From: Chiloscyllium plagiosum
Taxonomy: Eukaryota
Reading direction: 5' to 3'
Assembly: GCF_004010195.1 (NCBI RefSeq)
Contig: NC_057722.1
Location: 65,727,932 to 65,791,931, forward strand
DNA length: 64,000 bases
Shown: positions 1 through 13,916 of the stretch, in pieces
Layout of the letters: each line of letters begins with the position of its first letter
Numbering within the stretch: position 1 is the stretch's first letter
The notes under the pieces: generated by a model
Told to the model about the DNA's origin: nothing
The model's database searches: none
The model's input: the letters and a program-made list of their open reading frames with translations, nothing else
Position numbers and translations under genes: made by a program

Positions 1-544
1 CAGGATGACTAGATAATATCTATGTGAGTTATTTATCCCCTCAACTAATGATCTTAAATTGGTCAAGATTGATCAGCAATTGCTGCCTAAAAAGCAAATC
101 ACAGCTTACGCTGGTCATTGGGCACTGGCATTCAAAGATGATATATATTGCATCCAGTCGGCATGTCGGGCCTGCAGGCTGAACCCTGTGAGCGAAACAT
201 ACAATTCACAAAGCCACTGCACAGTAGCAGCATTAAACAACTTGCTTAACCTGCCGTGCAGGTAGTTGAGATCTTTTGCGCTTCTAAGTAATTTGAAATA
301 AGGCGGGCACTTTTGAAAAAATGATGGGCTTTGGCAGATTTAGGAATTTGTGTAATGAATGAACAATGATTTGACCCAATTTAACATTGTCTCGCGGAAT
401 ACGAGGACAGCTAAATGGAGATAATTCTGGAAGCCAGCAAATACAAGTGCTCGATCTGTAGTTTTGCGGTCCTGAATCACACTGGAAAATCCACTTCACG
501 TTTTCTACTGGAAGACCACTTCAGAGTACTGAGCATCCGTAGAT

Positions 545-686
545 CTGTACACCTTTGGACTGTGGGTGTAAACCCACGCAGACACGGGAAGAATGCGTTC
601 AAAAAGTTGCCCAAAGTTGGAATCCAACCTTAGTCCTCTGTCGGTATGAAATAGCAGTGCTAACCACTGTGCCACAGCGGCGCCCC
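545..686 (-). mobile_element. HE1-like tRNA SINE, 5' part, decayed
   Basis: Reverse complement begins GGGGCGCCGCTGTGGCACAGTGGTTAGCACTGCT and matches the 57835-58150 copy. Confidence 0.75.
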
Positions 687-865
687 ATTTGGATTGAAGG
701 TGCGCAGGTGACTACATTTTCAATTATTTGATTTATGGTTCTCGTGCTGAGGAAAGTGATGGTGTATTTTCTTAAGGGACTAGCCAAGTAATTTGTTGAT
801 GTTCAACAGAGATTGAAATCAATTGCGCACCCATTAAGGAGTTTTTCATGGAAAAAGCTAGAGCT

Positions 866-872
866 TATAAAA
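866..872 (+). promoter_or_regulatory. TATA box, gene 1
   Basis: TATAAAA 53 nt before the ATG; equivalent position in the paralogs. Confidence 0.7.
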
Positions 873-918
873 CAGTCACCCTACTGTAAGCCAAGGGCAA
901 TTTCTTGCACTGTCAAAG

Positions 919-1133
919 ATGGATTATTGGTTCCTTTTAGTGGTGAATTCGGCTGTTGCCCTGGTATTGTCGAGTAAAGAGCGAGATTGCAAACATTGGG
1001 GTAGGTTTGATTTATTGGGCTTGTCGAAGGATGGAGATATCACGTTTGGTGGAATTTTTGACGTGCATTCTTACCAAGTTGAACATCAGCGCCTCTCATT
1101 CAGCCAACACCCGGAGACAGCAAAATGTCTCAG
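919..1133 (+). CDS. V2R gene 1 exon 1 (signal peptide, start of Venus flytrap domain)
   Basis: [21 protein letters not shown]; donor AG|GTTAGT. Confidence 0.92.
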
Positions 1134-4100
1134 GTTAGTGGGTGCCATTAGACCTTTCATTTTGTTTAGTAAAATGGAAATCGTCTGCCCTCATGCTGCT
1201 TCACATTCTGAATTAATTTGCGAATTTAAGACTTTTTAAAAAATCGTTAACTTTGTTGTTGTGGTCCATCTCAGAGTGCTTTATAACCAATCAGGTACGT
1301 TTGCAATTCAGTCAATGCTGTAAGATTGATAAAATTGCAATCAGTGCATGCACCGCAATCTGGCACAATCAGTCTTGTCGTCAAAAAAAATCTGTTTAGC
1401 ATTTTGGAATGTGGGATATTTATCGATGAAAGCATTGTGAAAGTTCTCCCGTTCTTTTTTGAAATGCGTCTATTGGATCTGAGAAGGAAGATTGGAGGTT
1501 CTCTTAACATTGTATTTGAAATTGGGCACAATCTTTGATTAACGTCAGCTCAGATTTTGTGCTCAATGTCTGCTTTGGAACATATGTCCAACAACTTCCA
1601 ATTTAGAGACAGTGGTGTTACTACTGAATTATAGCTAATCATAACTTTGTAATGGTTACCTGTTATCGTTGTTTTCTGTGTTTTTTAAAATCTTGTTTCT
1701 TTCCCTTCTGCAGCTTTCAATTCAGACCTTTCCGTTGGGCACTGGCGATGATTTTTGCAATCGAGGAAATAAATAACGATACAGCTCTACTTCCCGGTGT
1801 CACACTGGGATACCGCTTGTACGATTCTTGTAAGTTGACGCAATTATCGCTAAAAGCAGCTATGGCGTTTCTGAACAAACCCGAGGCAAACGAACCTTCT
1901 GTTAAGTGCAAAAACTCCTCCACTGTTTCTGCGATTGTTGCTGATTCTGGATCCACGAGGTCTTTAGCAATTGCACCTTCCATCGGTACCTTCAGAATCC
2001 CTATGGTAAGATCTGGTGTTGAAGAACTCGGTTATGCAGTGTGAATAAACTTGGGTCAATTGTATATGATATGATGCTCTCTGTGTCATTTAATCCATCT
2101 AATACGCAATTTAGAACATTCGTTGTCAATCTAAGAGAGACCAAAATCCTCAATTACATCGCATTTAGAATGTTCATTTGGGATGAGACGGTTCAGTACA
2201 ATTATTGTAGATTGTTTTTTTTTGGCTCGGCAAAGCCAGGGCTTTATAACGAGGCTGTTATTCTTCTTCTAAGGTACTGCTTCGAAAGTGTCATTTCAGA
2301 AATCTGATGATGAAGAAAACTGAACTATGAGAAAGAAAATGTTCAAAAATCGTTACAAAAATGGCAATTTTAGTTCATTTTTATTCTTTCTGTGTTGGCA
2401 AAATCAATACTTGTTTTCAGTCCCAAGTTATCCTTGAACTGAATGTCTTCCTAGATCATCTGTGAGCTGGTTTAGAGGGAATCAGTCTGATTGATTCTGG
2501 CTCTAACTTGCAGCATCCACAGTTCTTTCGGTTTTTATTTGAGGGAATTATATATGGTACCAAACCAGAAATTGCTGGAAGATCTCAGCAGATATGGTAG
2601 AATCTGTGGAGAAAAATCAGCGTTAAGGTTTCACGTCTATTGACCTTTCTTCAGAACATTAGATAGTATCACATGTAGGGTCGATATCAGTGAACAAGAA
2701 GGCATTGTTTTACTACAATCATGTCTTGATGGTCAGCGTTACTGCAGCTACCTTTATATTCAAAGACCATTCCTTGTATTTAATCGCCACTGGTTGCCAT
2801 GGTGACGGGCTGATGACACATGTACACTGGACCTTTACACTTTGTCCGTATGAAGAGATCCTAAATAATTAAACTAACTACTTTATCAGAGTTTTGCTTT
2901 TTTTTTAATGAAACTGTCTAATGATGCTATGGCATCCCATGCTCATGATGAGATGGCATTTGGTCCACAGGTCAGGATGCGAACACTGCACCACAAGAGA
3001 CCGACAGCACTTTTCTTTCGTGCATCTGTCAATATTTTGAACCATGTTGACTTAATTTTCCACTGATCAATCAGCCATTACGAATCTTCCTTCAGGGTAA
3101 ATTGCTCGCTTTTCAAAACTTAATGTGCTGCCACTTTGTCCGTCTCCTGCTTTAACGGAGATCTTAACTCACTTACTGGAAACAACTTATTGCAGAAATG
3201 AACCCCGTGGTCAAGGATTTTTATTTAATCACGTCCTATCGAATTTGAAGTGCAATTTAAAACAAAAGCAGGTAATGTTCAAGATACTGGCTGGTCAAGC
3301 ACATCTGTGAAGAGAGAAACCATAGCTTCAAAAATGAGGCCATGTTTTATTGAATTCAGCACTGCGATGCTCGACTACATATGACAACGTTTCGTCCAGT
3401 ACGACCAGAAAAATACTGTGCAAGAGGCAAAAGCTGACAAAAAAACTTACCCAAAATACTACAGTATTCCTTGAATTTTTGAAATTAACTATTTATAGAA
3501 TTGAAAGAGAAGCTACATAGTAAATGAGTGTAATGTCTACAAAGCCTACCCAGCAGTAAACTACACGATAAATAGACTGCAACGCAAACATTGTTAGCAG
3601 ATGAAATAATTCTAAATTAAACTAAATGTTTCGGTATCGGCGGATGTCTGTAATCAAGCCTGAGAGACAATGCGCTTAATTTTGCTGCCAGAAGCTGGAT
3701 GAAATTCTTCAATGTTCTACCTCGCATTCTTGATTTTTTTTTAAAAGGATAATGTTAAAAATGTTGCAAAAGATATAAGGGTTTGGTTGAAGAGTAAATT
3801 TCGGCAATGGTGTAAGGCAGGTCATGTAGAATTAGTTACATATCTGACACCTTGCTTTTCTGTTCACTCTATTAACTTCAGTGTGAAGGGACAAAAGACG
3901 AGATCAACAGTTGACTCTCGATGCATTATTAGACACAGCTAGACTTCTCCCCAACGAACCTGCAGAGACAGTGGGGAAGAGAATGTTTGAAGAAGTTCTT
4001 CAAGTTAAATTGTGGATTGGCGTGTGTGTGTTTGTAGCAAGGGCAAGGCGAATTATGAATGATCAGTGCTCGGAATGAATCTTGGGAGTGTTTTGAAATT

Positions 4101-7100
4101 ATTAAATAAGTAGTTTATTCTGCGTTTAAGCAGGGCTACTCTTGTTAGCAGGACGTGAGATGGCATATTTGCTCATCTCAACCGATATCTATGTGTTGAT
4201 ATCATGAACAACCACAAACTATAATTGAAACACAAATGTTTTTGCTTTATTTGTGACAGGTTAGTTACTTTGCAACCTGTGCGTGCCTGAGCAATAGAAA
4301 GGAATATCCATCATTTTTTCGAACAATACCAAGTGATTACTATCAGGCTAAAGCATTAGCTCAGCTGGTGAAACATTTTGGATGGACCTGGATCGGGACA
4401 GTTAAGAGTGACGATGACTATGGAAACTTTGGAATGCTAGCATTTGAAGAGGCAGTTCAACAGTTAGGCGTTTGTATAGCCTTTTCCGCGTCATTTCATA
4501 TAACACATGCTCAAGAGAAGTTAATGAAAACCATCGACACCATAAAAACCTCTTCTACAAAAGTTGTCGTTGCCTTTGTGGGAGAATCAAACATGCGTAC
4601 TCTACTAAAAGAAATGATTAGACAAAATGTCAGCGGCATACAATGGATTGGAACTGAATCATGGGTTTCCTCTTTGCTTCTTCCTCCGGAGGAAAGTAAA
4701 AAGATTGCTACCGGGACAATTGGAATTGCAATTCGTAAATTCGGTATACCAGGGTTGAGGGAGTTCCTAATGAAAGTTCATCCAACCTCGTATCCAGAGA
4801 ACCTCTTGGTAAAAAAGTTTTGGGAAAGTTGTTTCGGCTGCACTTTAAGTGGTGGAAACAAAACATATTCTCGAAAAACTGAATCAGATATTAAGGAATG
4901 CACAGGAAGAGAAAATTTACAGAATGTCCAAAATGATTTTACTGATGTGTGGCAGTACAGAGTGACATACAATGTGTACAAAGCAACTTATGCGATAGCT
5001 CATGCACTTCACAATATGGTGTCATGTAAAACTGGGGAAGGACCTTTCTCCGATGGGAGTTGTGCAAACATTTCAAACTTTCAACCATGGCAGGTGAGGA
5101 GCATTTAACGTAGTATGATGACTGCATTTATATATATATCCAAAGTGGCCGAATGCACGGTTGAATATTTTCAATTAATGTAAACGATTTCCCATTTTGT
5201 TTTTATTTAAAGTTGCTATATTACATGAGAACAGTGAATTTCATAACCAAGATTGGCGAAAAGGTTTATTTTGACGAAAATGGAGACCCTGTCGCAACAT
5301 ATGACATTGTAAACTGGCAACCAAATGCCCTCGATGACATTGACATTGTAAATGTTGGGCACTATGATGGATCAGCTAGTTCTGGAAAAGAATTTTCGAT
5401 AACAGAAGGGGTAATTGTTTGGAGTGGCGGTCAGAAGTCGGTAAGATCTGTGCAGAACAATCCTTTTTTTAAAAAAAAATTGTCAGCTTTTTAATATCAA
5501 TTTCCATTCATGGAAATTGAAAGTGAACAGATGGTTGTTGTATCCCTACCCGCTACTGAACATTTCCACATATTAAATAAAATTGCAACTTGTCAAGCAT
5601 TTTAATCAGAAAGAACCTGTTCAATAATTTGCAAGTCGCTTTGTTTGATCAATTAAGAATGTAAGACCAGAGACATTTTATTTGCATCCACTTCCACAGC
5701 AGAACATTATTTCTCGTAACTGATGCAATTAAAATTGACAGAAATGTGAGAATGCAGCTGAAGAACAAATTATAAATTTAACTATAATCTTAAAAGACAC
5801 TGCATGAACAAATGAATGTATGAACAGCGAATTAAGATCTAAACATTTTGTGAAGTTTTTGCACGGTTTGAATTTTTTTAAAAAAATGGGAGCAATGGAT
5901 CTTTTATTTAGACGTCACATGGTTCTTGTTCATCTCGATCTCAAACACATTTGTGCCATACAAATGCCAAGCAATGGCTATCTCCAACAAGATAGGATGT
6001 AATCATCTCCCCATGATATTCAATAGCATCAACATCACTGAATCCTACACTAGCAACATCCCAGGTGATATCTTTGATCAGAAACTGAACTGGACTAATC
6101 ATATAAGATCAGATGCTGTAGATCCACAAATGTTCACTTTCCCCACTACAGATGATCGGCAACAGCAGCTACAAGATACATGGCAGTGATTCAACAATGC
6201 TCATTAGGCAGTAACTTTCAAGCCCATGCCCACTTCCAGCTCGAAGAATACTGGCAACTAATGCATGGGGATGCTCCCACCTTCGAGTTCCCCTGTCAGC
6301 CACTCACCATTCCTGACTTGGAAACATGTGTCAGTTCTTCCTTTATGTCAATTTGGCCAATCTACAGCAAATAGATTTCACTAGTTCAGGTAGGCAGGTC
6401 AGAGGCAACTAGGGATGGGCAATAAGTGCTGGGCTGGCCAGCAAGGATCACATCACGTGCATAAATTAAGAAAAAAACATTTTTACTTCTGAATTTGCTT
6501 TTCATTTTAGCCATAAAATGGTATTACTACAAATTACATCCAATTTTATTTAGTTGCTTCCCTATATCCTTTTTCAATAATAAATGAAGTAACTCCAAAG
6601 GCACATCATCAATATTATTATGAGAATTTGAATTTAACAAAAATATGCTGGTTCTGCAACTTCACAACTATTCCAATCACTTTACAGTGGCTTTAAACTT
6701 GGGCATGATGATGTCACAAACTGCGATATTATTTCAAAAAAAGACAGTCCTAACAAAGGAAACAGAAGCTGGTTTTGTGCTGTACACCAGACATAATATT
6801 GTACATTTGCCATATGGACTTACTAATATGTCTCTTCCCTTGTATTCACATTATTAATGAGGTTCCTAAAGCTTTTTGCTCTGAAAGCTGCCAGCATGGA
6901 ACAAGGAAAGTAGGAAGAAAAGGGCAACCCATTTGCTGTTTTGATTGCGTACAATGTGCACAAGGTGAAATTAGTAACATGACTGGTAAGAAAACAACAT
7001 TGCAAAGTGCATTTCTGCTTAAGCTGGATTTCTGCGTTGCTCAGGCGTTAAGATTACGTGTATAATGACAAAGTCTTGTGTTTTGTTTTAGATTCCATTT

Positions 7101-7999
7101 CCTGCATAAAATGTCCATTGGAATTCAAATCTAATGAAAGGCGGGATGAGTGCATTCCAAGGGAAATCGAGTTTCTTTCCTTTTCTGAGACAATGGGAAT
7201 CATTCTGGTGACACTGGCGCTGTTTGGAGCCTGCACCACTGTTGGTGTGTTCGCAATATTCTACATCTACCGACACACTCCGATTGTGAAAGCTAATAAT
7301 TCTGAGTTAAGCTTCCTTCTTCTTTTTGCCCTGACACTTTGTTTTCTGTGTTCAATTACATTCATTGGGGAACCTTCAGTTTGGTCTTGTATGCTCTGCC
7401 ACGCAGCGTTTGGTATTAGTTTTGTTCTTTGTATTTCTTGTGTATTGAGTAAAACAATTGTTGTGGTGATGGCGTTCAAAGCAACATTTCCCAGCAATAA
7501 TATGATGAAGTGGTTTGGACCAAGACAACAACGGCTGATGGTTTACATCCTCACACTGGTACAATGTGCAATATGTACTACCTGGTTAATTGTATTTCCA
7601 CCTTATCCTTTGAAAAACACTAGTCACTCAAATGAAATAATTGTGTTTGAGTGTAATGTAGGATCTTTGTTAGCCTTCTACAGTGTACTCGGTTATATTG
7701 GATTTCTGTCCTGTGTGTGCTTTGTGGTGGCGTTTCTCGCTCGAAAACTTCCAGATAACTTCAATGAAGCTAAACACATAACGTTTAGCATGCTTATCTT
7801 TTGCACAGTTTGGATAACTTTCATTCCAGCGTACATAAGTTCGCCAGGGAAATATGCTGTGGCGGTTGAAGTATTTGCTATTTTGGCCTCCAGCTTTGGT
7901 CTGGTTATTTGCATTTTTGCTCCAAAATGCTATATTGTTCTTCTGAAGAAAGAAAACAATACAAAGAGGAACATGATGGGCTTCCAAAAAAAGCTTTGA
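919..7999 (+). CDS. V2R/OlfC-family class C GPCR, gene 1; join(919..1133,1714..2005,4260..5093,5213..5440,6862..6985,7092..7999), 2601 nt, 866 aa
   Basis: Signal peptide, then [47 protein letters not shown], a Cys-rich exon (CSESC..CCFDC..C) and a 7TM exon ([27 protein letters not shown]). All introns are GT-AG with phases 2,0,0,0,1 and the joined frame has no stop. Confidence 0.95.
1714..2005 (+). CDS. V2R gene 1 exon 2
   Basis: Acceptor cttctgcag|; [20 protein letters not shown]; donor |GTAAGA. Confidence 0.93.
2560..2657 (-). mobile_element. Penelope-associated short element arm with decayed hammerhead motif
   Basis: Reverse complement of 2622-2657 reads GTT-CTGAAGA-A-AGGTC-AATA-GACGT-GAAA-CCTT-AAC. 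Confidence 0.6.
4260..5093 (+). CDS. V2R gene 1 exon 3
   Basis: Acceptor gacag|; VSYFATC..FQPWQ; donor |GTGAGG; 834 nt. Confidence 0.94.
5213..5440 (+). CDS. V2R gene 1 exon 4
   Basis: Acceptor ttaaag|; [19 protein letters not shown]; donor |GTAAGA; 228 nt. Confidence 0.92.
5940..6478 (+). mobile_element. Old LINE 3' remnant (CR1/L2 group)
   Basis: [15 protein letters not shown] resembles the LINE RT C-terminal LG..D..L.W..HI motif; A-rich end; related pieces near 14150-14720, 48000-48330 and 63540-63980. Confidence 0.6.
6862..6985 (+). CDS. V2R gene 1 exon 5 (Cys-rich domain)
   Basis: [18 protein letters not shown]; 124 nt as in both paralogs; acceptor is GAG. Confidence 0.9.
7092..7999 (+). 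CDS. V2R gene 1 exon 6 (7TM domain)
   Basis: Acceptor ttttag|; seven hydrophobic segments; TGA stop. Confidence 0.95.
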
Positions 8000-8334
8000 A
8001 AATGTTCATAAATGAGGCCCGAATATTTTCGTAGTTAATTGTTTTGTTCTAATGAGAGTGAATGGCAATCCCATGTGAAGAGCCATAAAGCCGAATGTTT
8101 TACCAGCACTCATTTTACATAATTGAACAAAGCCACAATGACCTGCAGGAAGTGCAATTTTGTTGACATTGTTGATTATTTTGTAAATCTCTCCGAGTTT
8201 CTTTTAATCAGAATTGAAAACCATGTCTGACCTATTTTTATTTAAATATGGTTCAAAGTCATTTTTACTTTCCTCGTCTTGCCTTGAATTTCTTCATTGC
8301 TTGGAGTTTTGATTTGCGACTTGCTTCATCTATC

Positions 8335-8411
8335 AATAAATTCTGAAACTTGGCCTATTCAAGTGTCCAAAATGGGTGGCTCACATCGCTTTCGAAAAAC
8401 ACATTAATAAA
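8335..8411 (+). terminator. Candidate polyadenylation signals, gene 1
   Basis: AATAAA at 8335-8340 and 8406-8411, 340-410 nt after the stop. Confidence 0.45.
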
Positions 8412-9208
8412 AGTACCTTAACTGTGTTAAATTGAGATTGTGGGAGATCGGTTTTGGAAGGGTGGGGTGATTTTGGTCATGGGAAAAGGGATGGTTTTGG
8501 AATCCTTGAGTTCACCATTTTGGCGGTAATGTGGAAAACTGAATTTTCGGACTGTTTTAGAATTAGTTTTCCATTCATATTCCAAAGGAGCTCACAAATA
8601 ATTTGCTTCTCCTGTTCTTCTCCTGTTGCATATCACTGAACCGCTGTAATTCACTGATACATTGTAAATTGGGCATTTCAAATTTAGCAAGTCAGTTCTG
8701 GAATATTTGCTCTTCACTCAGACTATCACGTAGTAAATGCATAGATTTCTACCTTGACTATCAAGTACTGAATGCATAGTTTTCTACCTTGTTTGAAACC
8801 AATTCAGATTACATTTTGTTGATTTCAACACATTTATCCAATATTGGTGCACTTTATTTACAATACAATACAAATAAAGATGTCAGAAGTGTTGGCATTT
8901 ATTGTGGGTGATTAAACATAAGATGATTGAATATTTGATTCGGAATAAAATCTTTAATGGTGAATGGAGGTGCTTTATTTGGAAGTCTTACTTATCTAAC
9001 TTTGGAAGTTCCTTTGAATTCTGAGTGTGAGAGAAGTCAAAAACCTTAGATGAAGTGAAACCTGTAGACCTGTTTTTTCTCATGAAATTGGGGAAGGTGA
9101 ATGGTGCAGAAAGACAGTTGAATACTCCTTGAAGGATTGCAAATCCTTCGATGGAGGGATGTATCTTTGGGAACTTGACTATGGGATTATCATGTTGCTT
9201 CAGGGGAT

Positions 9209-11567
9209 GACAATAGACAATAGACAATAAACAATAGGTGCAAGAGTAGGCCATTCTGCCCTTCGAGCCTGCACCACCATTCAATATGATCATGGCTGAT
9301 CATCCTTAATCAGTATCCTGTTCCTGCCTTATCTCCATAACCCTTGATTCCACTATCCTTGAGAGCTCGATCCAACTCTTTCTTAAATGAATCCAGAGAC
9401 TGGGCCTCCACTGCCCTCTGGGGCAGAGGATTCCACACAGCCACCACTCTCTGGGTGAAGAAGTTTCTCCTCATCTCTGTCTAAATGGTCTACCCTGTAT
9501 TTTTAAGCTGTGTCCTCCGGTTTGGCACTCGCCCATCAACGGAAACATGTTTCCTACCTCGAGAGTGTCCAATCCTTTAATAATCTTATATGTCTCAATC
9601 AGATCCCCTCTCAGTCTTCTAAATTCAAAGGTATACAAGCCCAGTCACTCCAGTCTTTCAGCGTAAGGTAGTCCCGCCATTCCAGGAATTGACCTCGTGA
9701 ACCTATGCTGCACTCCCTCAATAGCCAGAATGTCTTTCTTCAAATTTGGAGACCAAAACTGCACACAATACTCCAGGTGTGGTCTCACCAGGGCCCTAAA
9801 CAGCTGCAGAAGAACCTCTTTGCTTCTATACTCAATCCCTCTTGTTATGAAGGCCAGCATGCTATTAGTCTTCTTCACTACCTGCTGTACCTTCATTGAC
9901 TGGTGTACAAGAACACCCAGATCTCTTTGTACTGCCCCTTTACCTAAATTAGTTCCATTTAAGTAGTAATCTGCCTTCCTGTTCTTGCCACCAAAGTGGA
10001 TAACCATACATTTATCCACATTAAACTGCATCTGCCATGCATCTGACCACTCACCTAACCTGTCCAGGTCACCCTGTAATCTCCTAACATCCTCATCACA
10101 TTTCACCCTGCCACCCAGCTTAGTATCATCAGCAAATTTGCTAATATTATTACTAATTCCATCTTCTATATCACTATATATATATTGTAAAATGCTGCGG
10201 TCCCAGCACTGATCCCTGCAGTGCCCCACTGGTCACTGCCTGCCATTCCAAAATTCCAGATTAGTACTTTGCCCCCAATACCATGCGCCCTAATTTTGCT
10301 CACTAACCACCTATGTGGGACTTTATCAAAAGCTTTCTGAAAGTCCAGGTACACTACATCTACTGGATCTCCCTCTTCCGTCTTCAGAGTTACATCCTCA
10401 AAAAATTCAAGAAGATTAGTCAAGCATGATTTCCCCTTCATAAATCCATGCTTACTCTGACCTATCCTGTTACTACTATCCAGATATGTCTTAATTTCAT
10501 CCTTTATAATAGACTCCAGCATCTTTTCCAGCACTGAAGTCAGACTAACTGGTCTATAATTTCCTGCTTTCTCTCTCTCACCTTTCTTAAAAAGTGGTAC
10601 AACATTAGGCACTCTCCAATCCGCAGGAACTGATCCCGAATCTATCGAACTCTGGAAAATAATCACCAACACATCCACGATTTCTCGAGCCACCTCCTTC
10701 AGTACCCTAGGATGTAGACCATCAGGCCCCGGGGACTTATCAACCTTCAGACCTAACAGTCTCTCCAACACCAATTCCTGGCAAATATAAATTCCCTTAT
10801 GTTCAGGTCCTTCAGCCACTGTTACCTTAGGGAGATTGCTTGTGTCTTCCCCAGTGAACACAGATCTGAAGTACCAATTCAATTATTCTGCCATTTCTTT
10901 GTTCCCCATAATATATTCCCCTGTTTCTGTCTTCAAGGGCCCAATTTTAGTCTTAACCAATTTTTAGCCTTTCACATATCTAAAAAAGCTTTTACTATCC
11001 TCCTTTATATTTTGGGCCAGTTTACCTTTGTACCTCACTTTTTCTCTGCGTATTTCCTTCTTAGTAATCCTCTGTTGTTCTTTAAAAGCTTCCCAGTCCT
11101 CTGTTTTCTCATTCATCTTTGCTATGTTATACTTTTTCTCTTTTAACTTTATATGTTTCTTAATTTCCCCCGTCAGCCACGGCCACCCATGCCTCCTCCT
11201 AGGATCTTTCTTCCTTTTTGGAATGAACTGATCCTGCATCTTCTGCATTATACACAGAAATATCTGCCATTGTTCCTCCACTGTCATCCCTGCTAAGGTA
11301 TTTCACCATTGAACTTTGGCCAGCTCCTCCCTCATAGCTCCATAGTTCCCTTTATTCAACAGAAATATTGTCACTTCCGATTGTACCCTCTCCCTCTCAA
11401 ATTGAAGATTGAAGCTTATTGTATTATGGTCACTACTTCCCAATGGCTCCTTCAATTCGAGGTCCCTGATCCATTCTGGTTCGTTGCACAATACCAGATC
11501 CAGAATTGCCTTCTCCCTGGTAGGCTCCAGCACCAGCTGTTCTAAGAATCCATATCGCAGGCACTCC
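9209..11567 (-). mobile_element. CR1 LINE, 5'-truncated, frameshifted ORF2
   Basis: PTREKAILDLVL..SDH (endonuclease), [46 protein letters not shown]; (TATTGTC)n 3' tail at 9209-9236. Confidence 0.95.
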
Positions 11568-11789
11568 TGAGTCTTATGGTTCATCAGCATAGAAATAAAT
11601 GTACCCCTTCTGCATAGCAATCATTGTGTCTCTTTAGCTGTCAGCTTTCTAGGCAGCAGAGGAAAGCCTGCCACCCATGGCTGGAGTTGGGAGGCAGATA
11701 AATTAAAGTGACTAAACGTAATTACAACATTTGAATTCCCATCAGCCACCCGGGAAGTTGGTTATCAGAGCTTTCCAACACCACATTTA

Positions 11790-12540
11790 TGAATGTTTGA
11801 TGAATTTATTCGATGTCTTTAAGAATAGAACAAGCAGGCTATAAAAAAGGCCGAAAAGTTGGTGTGGTGCATGTCAGTTTTCGAAAAGCATTTCATAGGA
11901 TATATAAATGATTACTGCACATGATATGAGCGCATTGTGGTTGGATTGATATATTAAAATGATTATAAGATTGGCTAACTAACAGGAGACATAATAGATA
12001 GTTCATCTCCAGATTAGAAAATTGTAACTATTAGATGCAGCAGTGATGGTACTACAGTTATTTAATATATATTAATAGTGTGTTTAATGGGATAGAATTT
12101 TTTGCTGATGTATTTGCTGATGATAGAACAACAGGAAAACATTTTTGAAATGTAAAATGTTTGATAATATACTTGGAAAGAGCTATAGGTAGGTTAGGTG
12201 AATGGATAAATACAGTTTTATGTGGAGTAGTTTAAACTGAATTCTTGTATTAGGGTAGACAGAAGAATAATACACATAATTTCAAACATAATATGGTTCC
12301 CACTTTAGGCAGAGACGAGGAAGAATTTCTTCTCCTAGGTGGTTGTTATCTTTGGAATTCTCTTTCCCAGAGAGCAGTAGAAGTTGAGTCAACAAATATA
12401 TTCAAGGGCAAGTTTGATTGTTTTTCAACAAACAAATGAGTCTATGGTTGTGAGACCAAAGGAAGGAAGTGCTATCGAGGCTACAGACAGATCATCCATT
12501 ATATTACTGCATCATTCAGTAGTATCAAGGTGGCCTAGTT
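11790..12540 (+). mobile_element. Highly decayed CR1 LINE
   Basis: Residual F.KAF and FADD (tttgctgatgat) codons and CR1 3' region (tggaattctcttcccagagagcagt-like). Confidence 0.65.
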
Positions 12541-13060
12541 GAGCGGATAATAACAATGCTATCAGCAGAGTTGAAGGAAATGCAGTCAGCAATGAGTGGC
12601 ATGGGACTTCCTGAAATGGAGGCTAAAGCTGAAGAGTCTGCAGATGGGTAATATACCGTCCACATATAGTTCAGTGTCTAGTTTACAGTTCATGGGAAAA
12701 CCATGCCACAGCAGTTGTTTTCAGATTGACCACACATAGCATCAACATTGAATATCATGTGGAATTTGACAGCGAGATTTGTGAAGGACATCCTTATTTT
12801 GTTGAGCAGAGGTGACTTCTCGAATGGTGTTCGCATGAAACTGATAAACAACCAACTGCTACTTAACAGCTTATAATGGCTCACTTCAATTTTTCATGGC
12901 TCTTCTTGCCATTTTTGGATCTAGCAAATTCTAATGTATCTTTGTGTTCTGTCTGGACTTGACACAAGCCCTCATTGTTACTTTATTCCAAAGATAACCC
13001 AAAAAAAAATCATATTCCAGAAATGAGTTACAAGTGCCACCCATTGAAGAAGGCAGCATT

Positions 13061-13916
13061 TAGAGTCATAGTGTATTAGAGATGTACAGCTTGGAAACAG
13101 ACCCTTCGGTCCAACCCATCCATGCCGACCAGATATCCCAACCCAATCTAGTCCCATCTGCTAAAACTGGCCCATATCCCTCTAAACCCTTCCTATTCAT
13201 ATGTCCAACCAAATGCCTCTTAAATGTTGCAATTGTACCAGCCTCCACCACTTCCTCTGGCAGCTCATTCCATACACGTACCACCCTCTGCATGAAGAAG
13301 TTGCCCCTTAGGTTTCTTTTATATCTTTCCCCTCTCACCCTAAACCTCTGCCCTCCCGTTCTGGACTACCCCACCCCAGGGAAAAGACTTTGCCTATTTA
13401 CCCTATCCATGCCCCTCATAATTTGGTAAACCTCTATAAACCTCCGAAGTTTCAGGGAAAACAGCCCCAGCCTGTTCAGCCTCTCCTTATAGCTCAAATC
13501 CTCCAACCCTGGCACCATCCTTGTCAATCTTTTCTGAACGCTTTCAAGTTTCACACACCTTTCCGATAGGAAGGAGACCAGAATTGCATGCAATATTCCA
13601 ACAGCGGCCTAACCAATGTCCTGTATAACTGCAACATGACCTCCCAACTCCTGTACTCAATACTCTGACCAATAAAGGAAAGCATACCAAACACCTTCTT
13701 CACTATCCGATCTACCTGTGACTCCACTTTCAAGGAGCTATGAACCTGCACCCCAAGGTCTCTTTGTTCAGCAATACTCCCTAGGACCTTACCATTAAGT
13801 GTATACGTCCTGCTAAGATTTGCTTTCCCAAAATGCAGCACCTCGCATTTATCTGAATTAAACTCCATCTGCCACTTAGCCCATTGGCCCATCTGGTCAA
13901 GATCCTGTTGTAATTT
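13061..13916 (-). mobile_element. CR1 LINE 3' fragment
   Basis: LQQDLDQ..WQMEFNSDKC, LVRPLLEYC, RVVRVWNELP; 3' tail shared with the HE1 SINE. Confidence 0.93.

Noticed and set aside
7670-7987. Antisense ORFs over V2R exons (also 1717-1983, 25829-26140, 50085-50448)
   Set aside because: Shadow frames of the coding strand with no independent homology
9645-11620. Reverse transcriptase ORFs as a host gene or retron-like system
   Set aside because: Fragmented CR1 ORF2 with frameshifts and a typical CR1 3' tail
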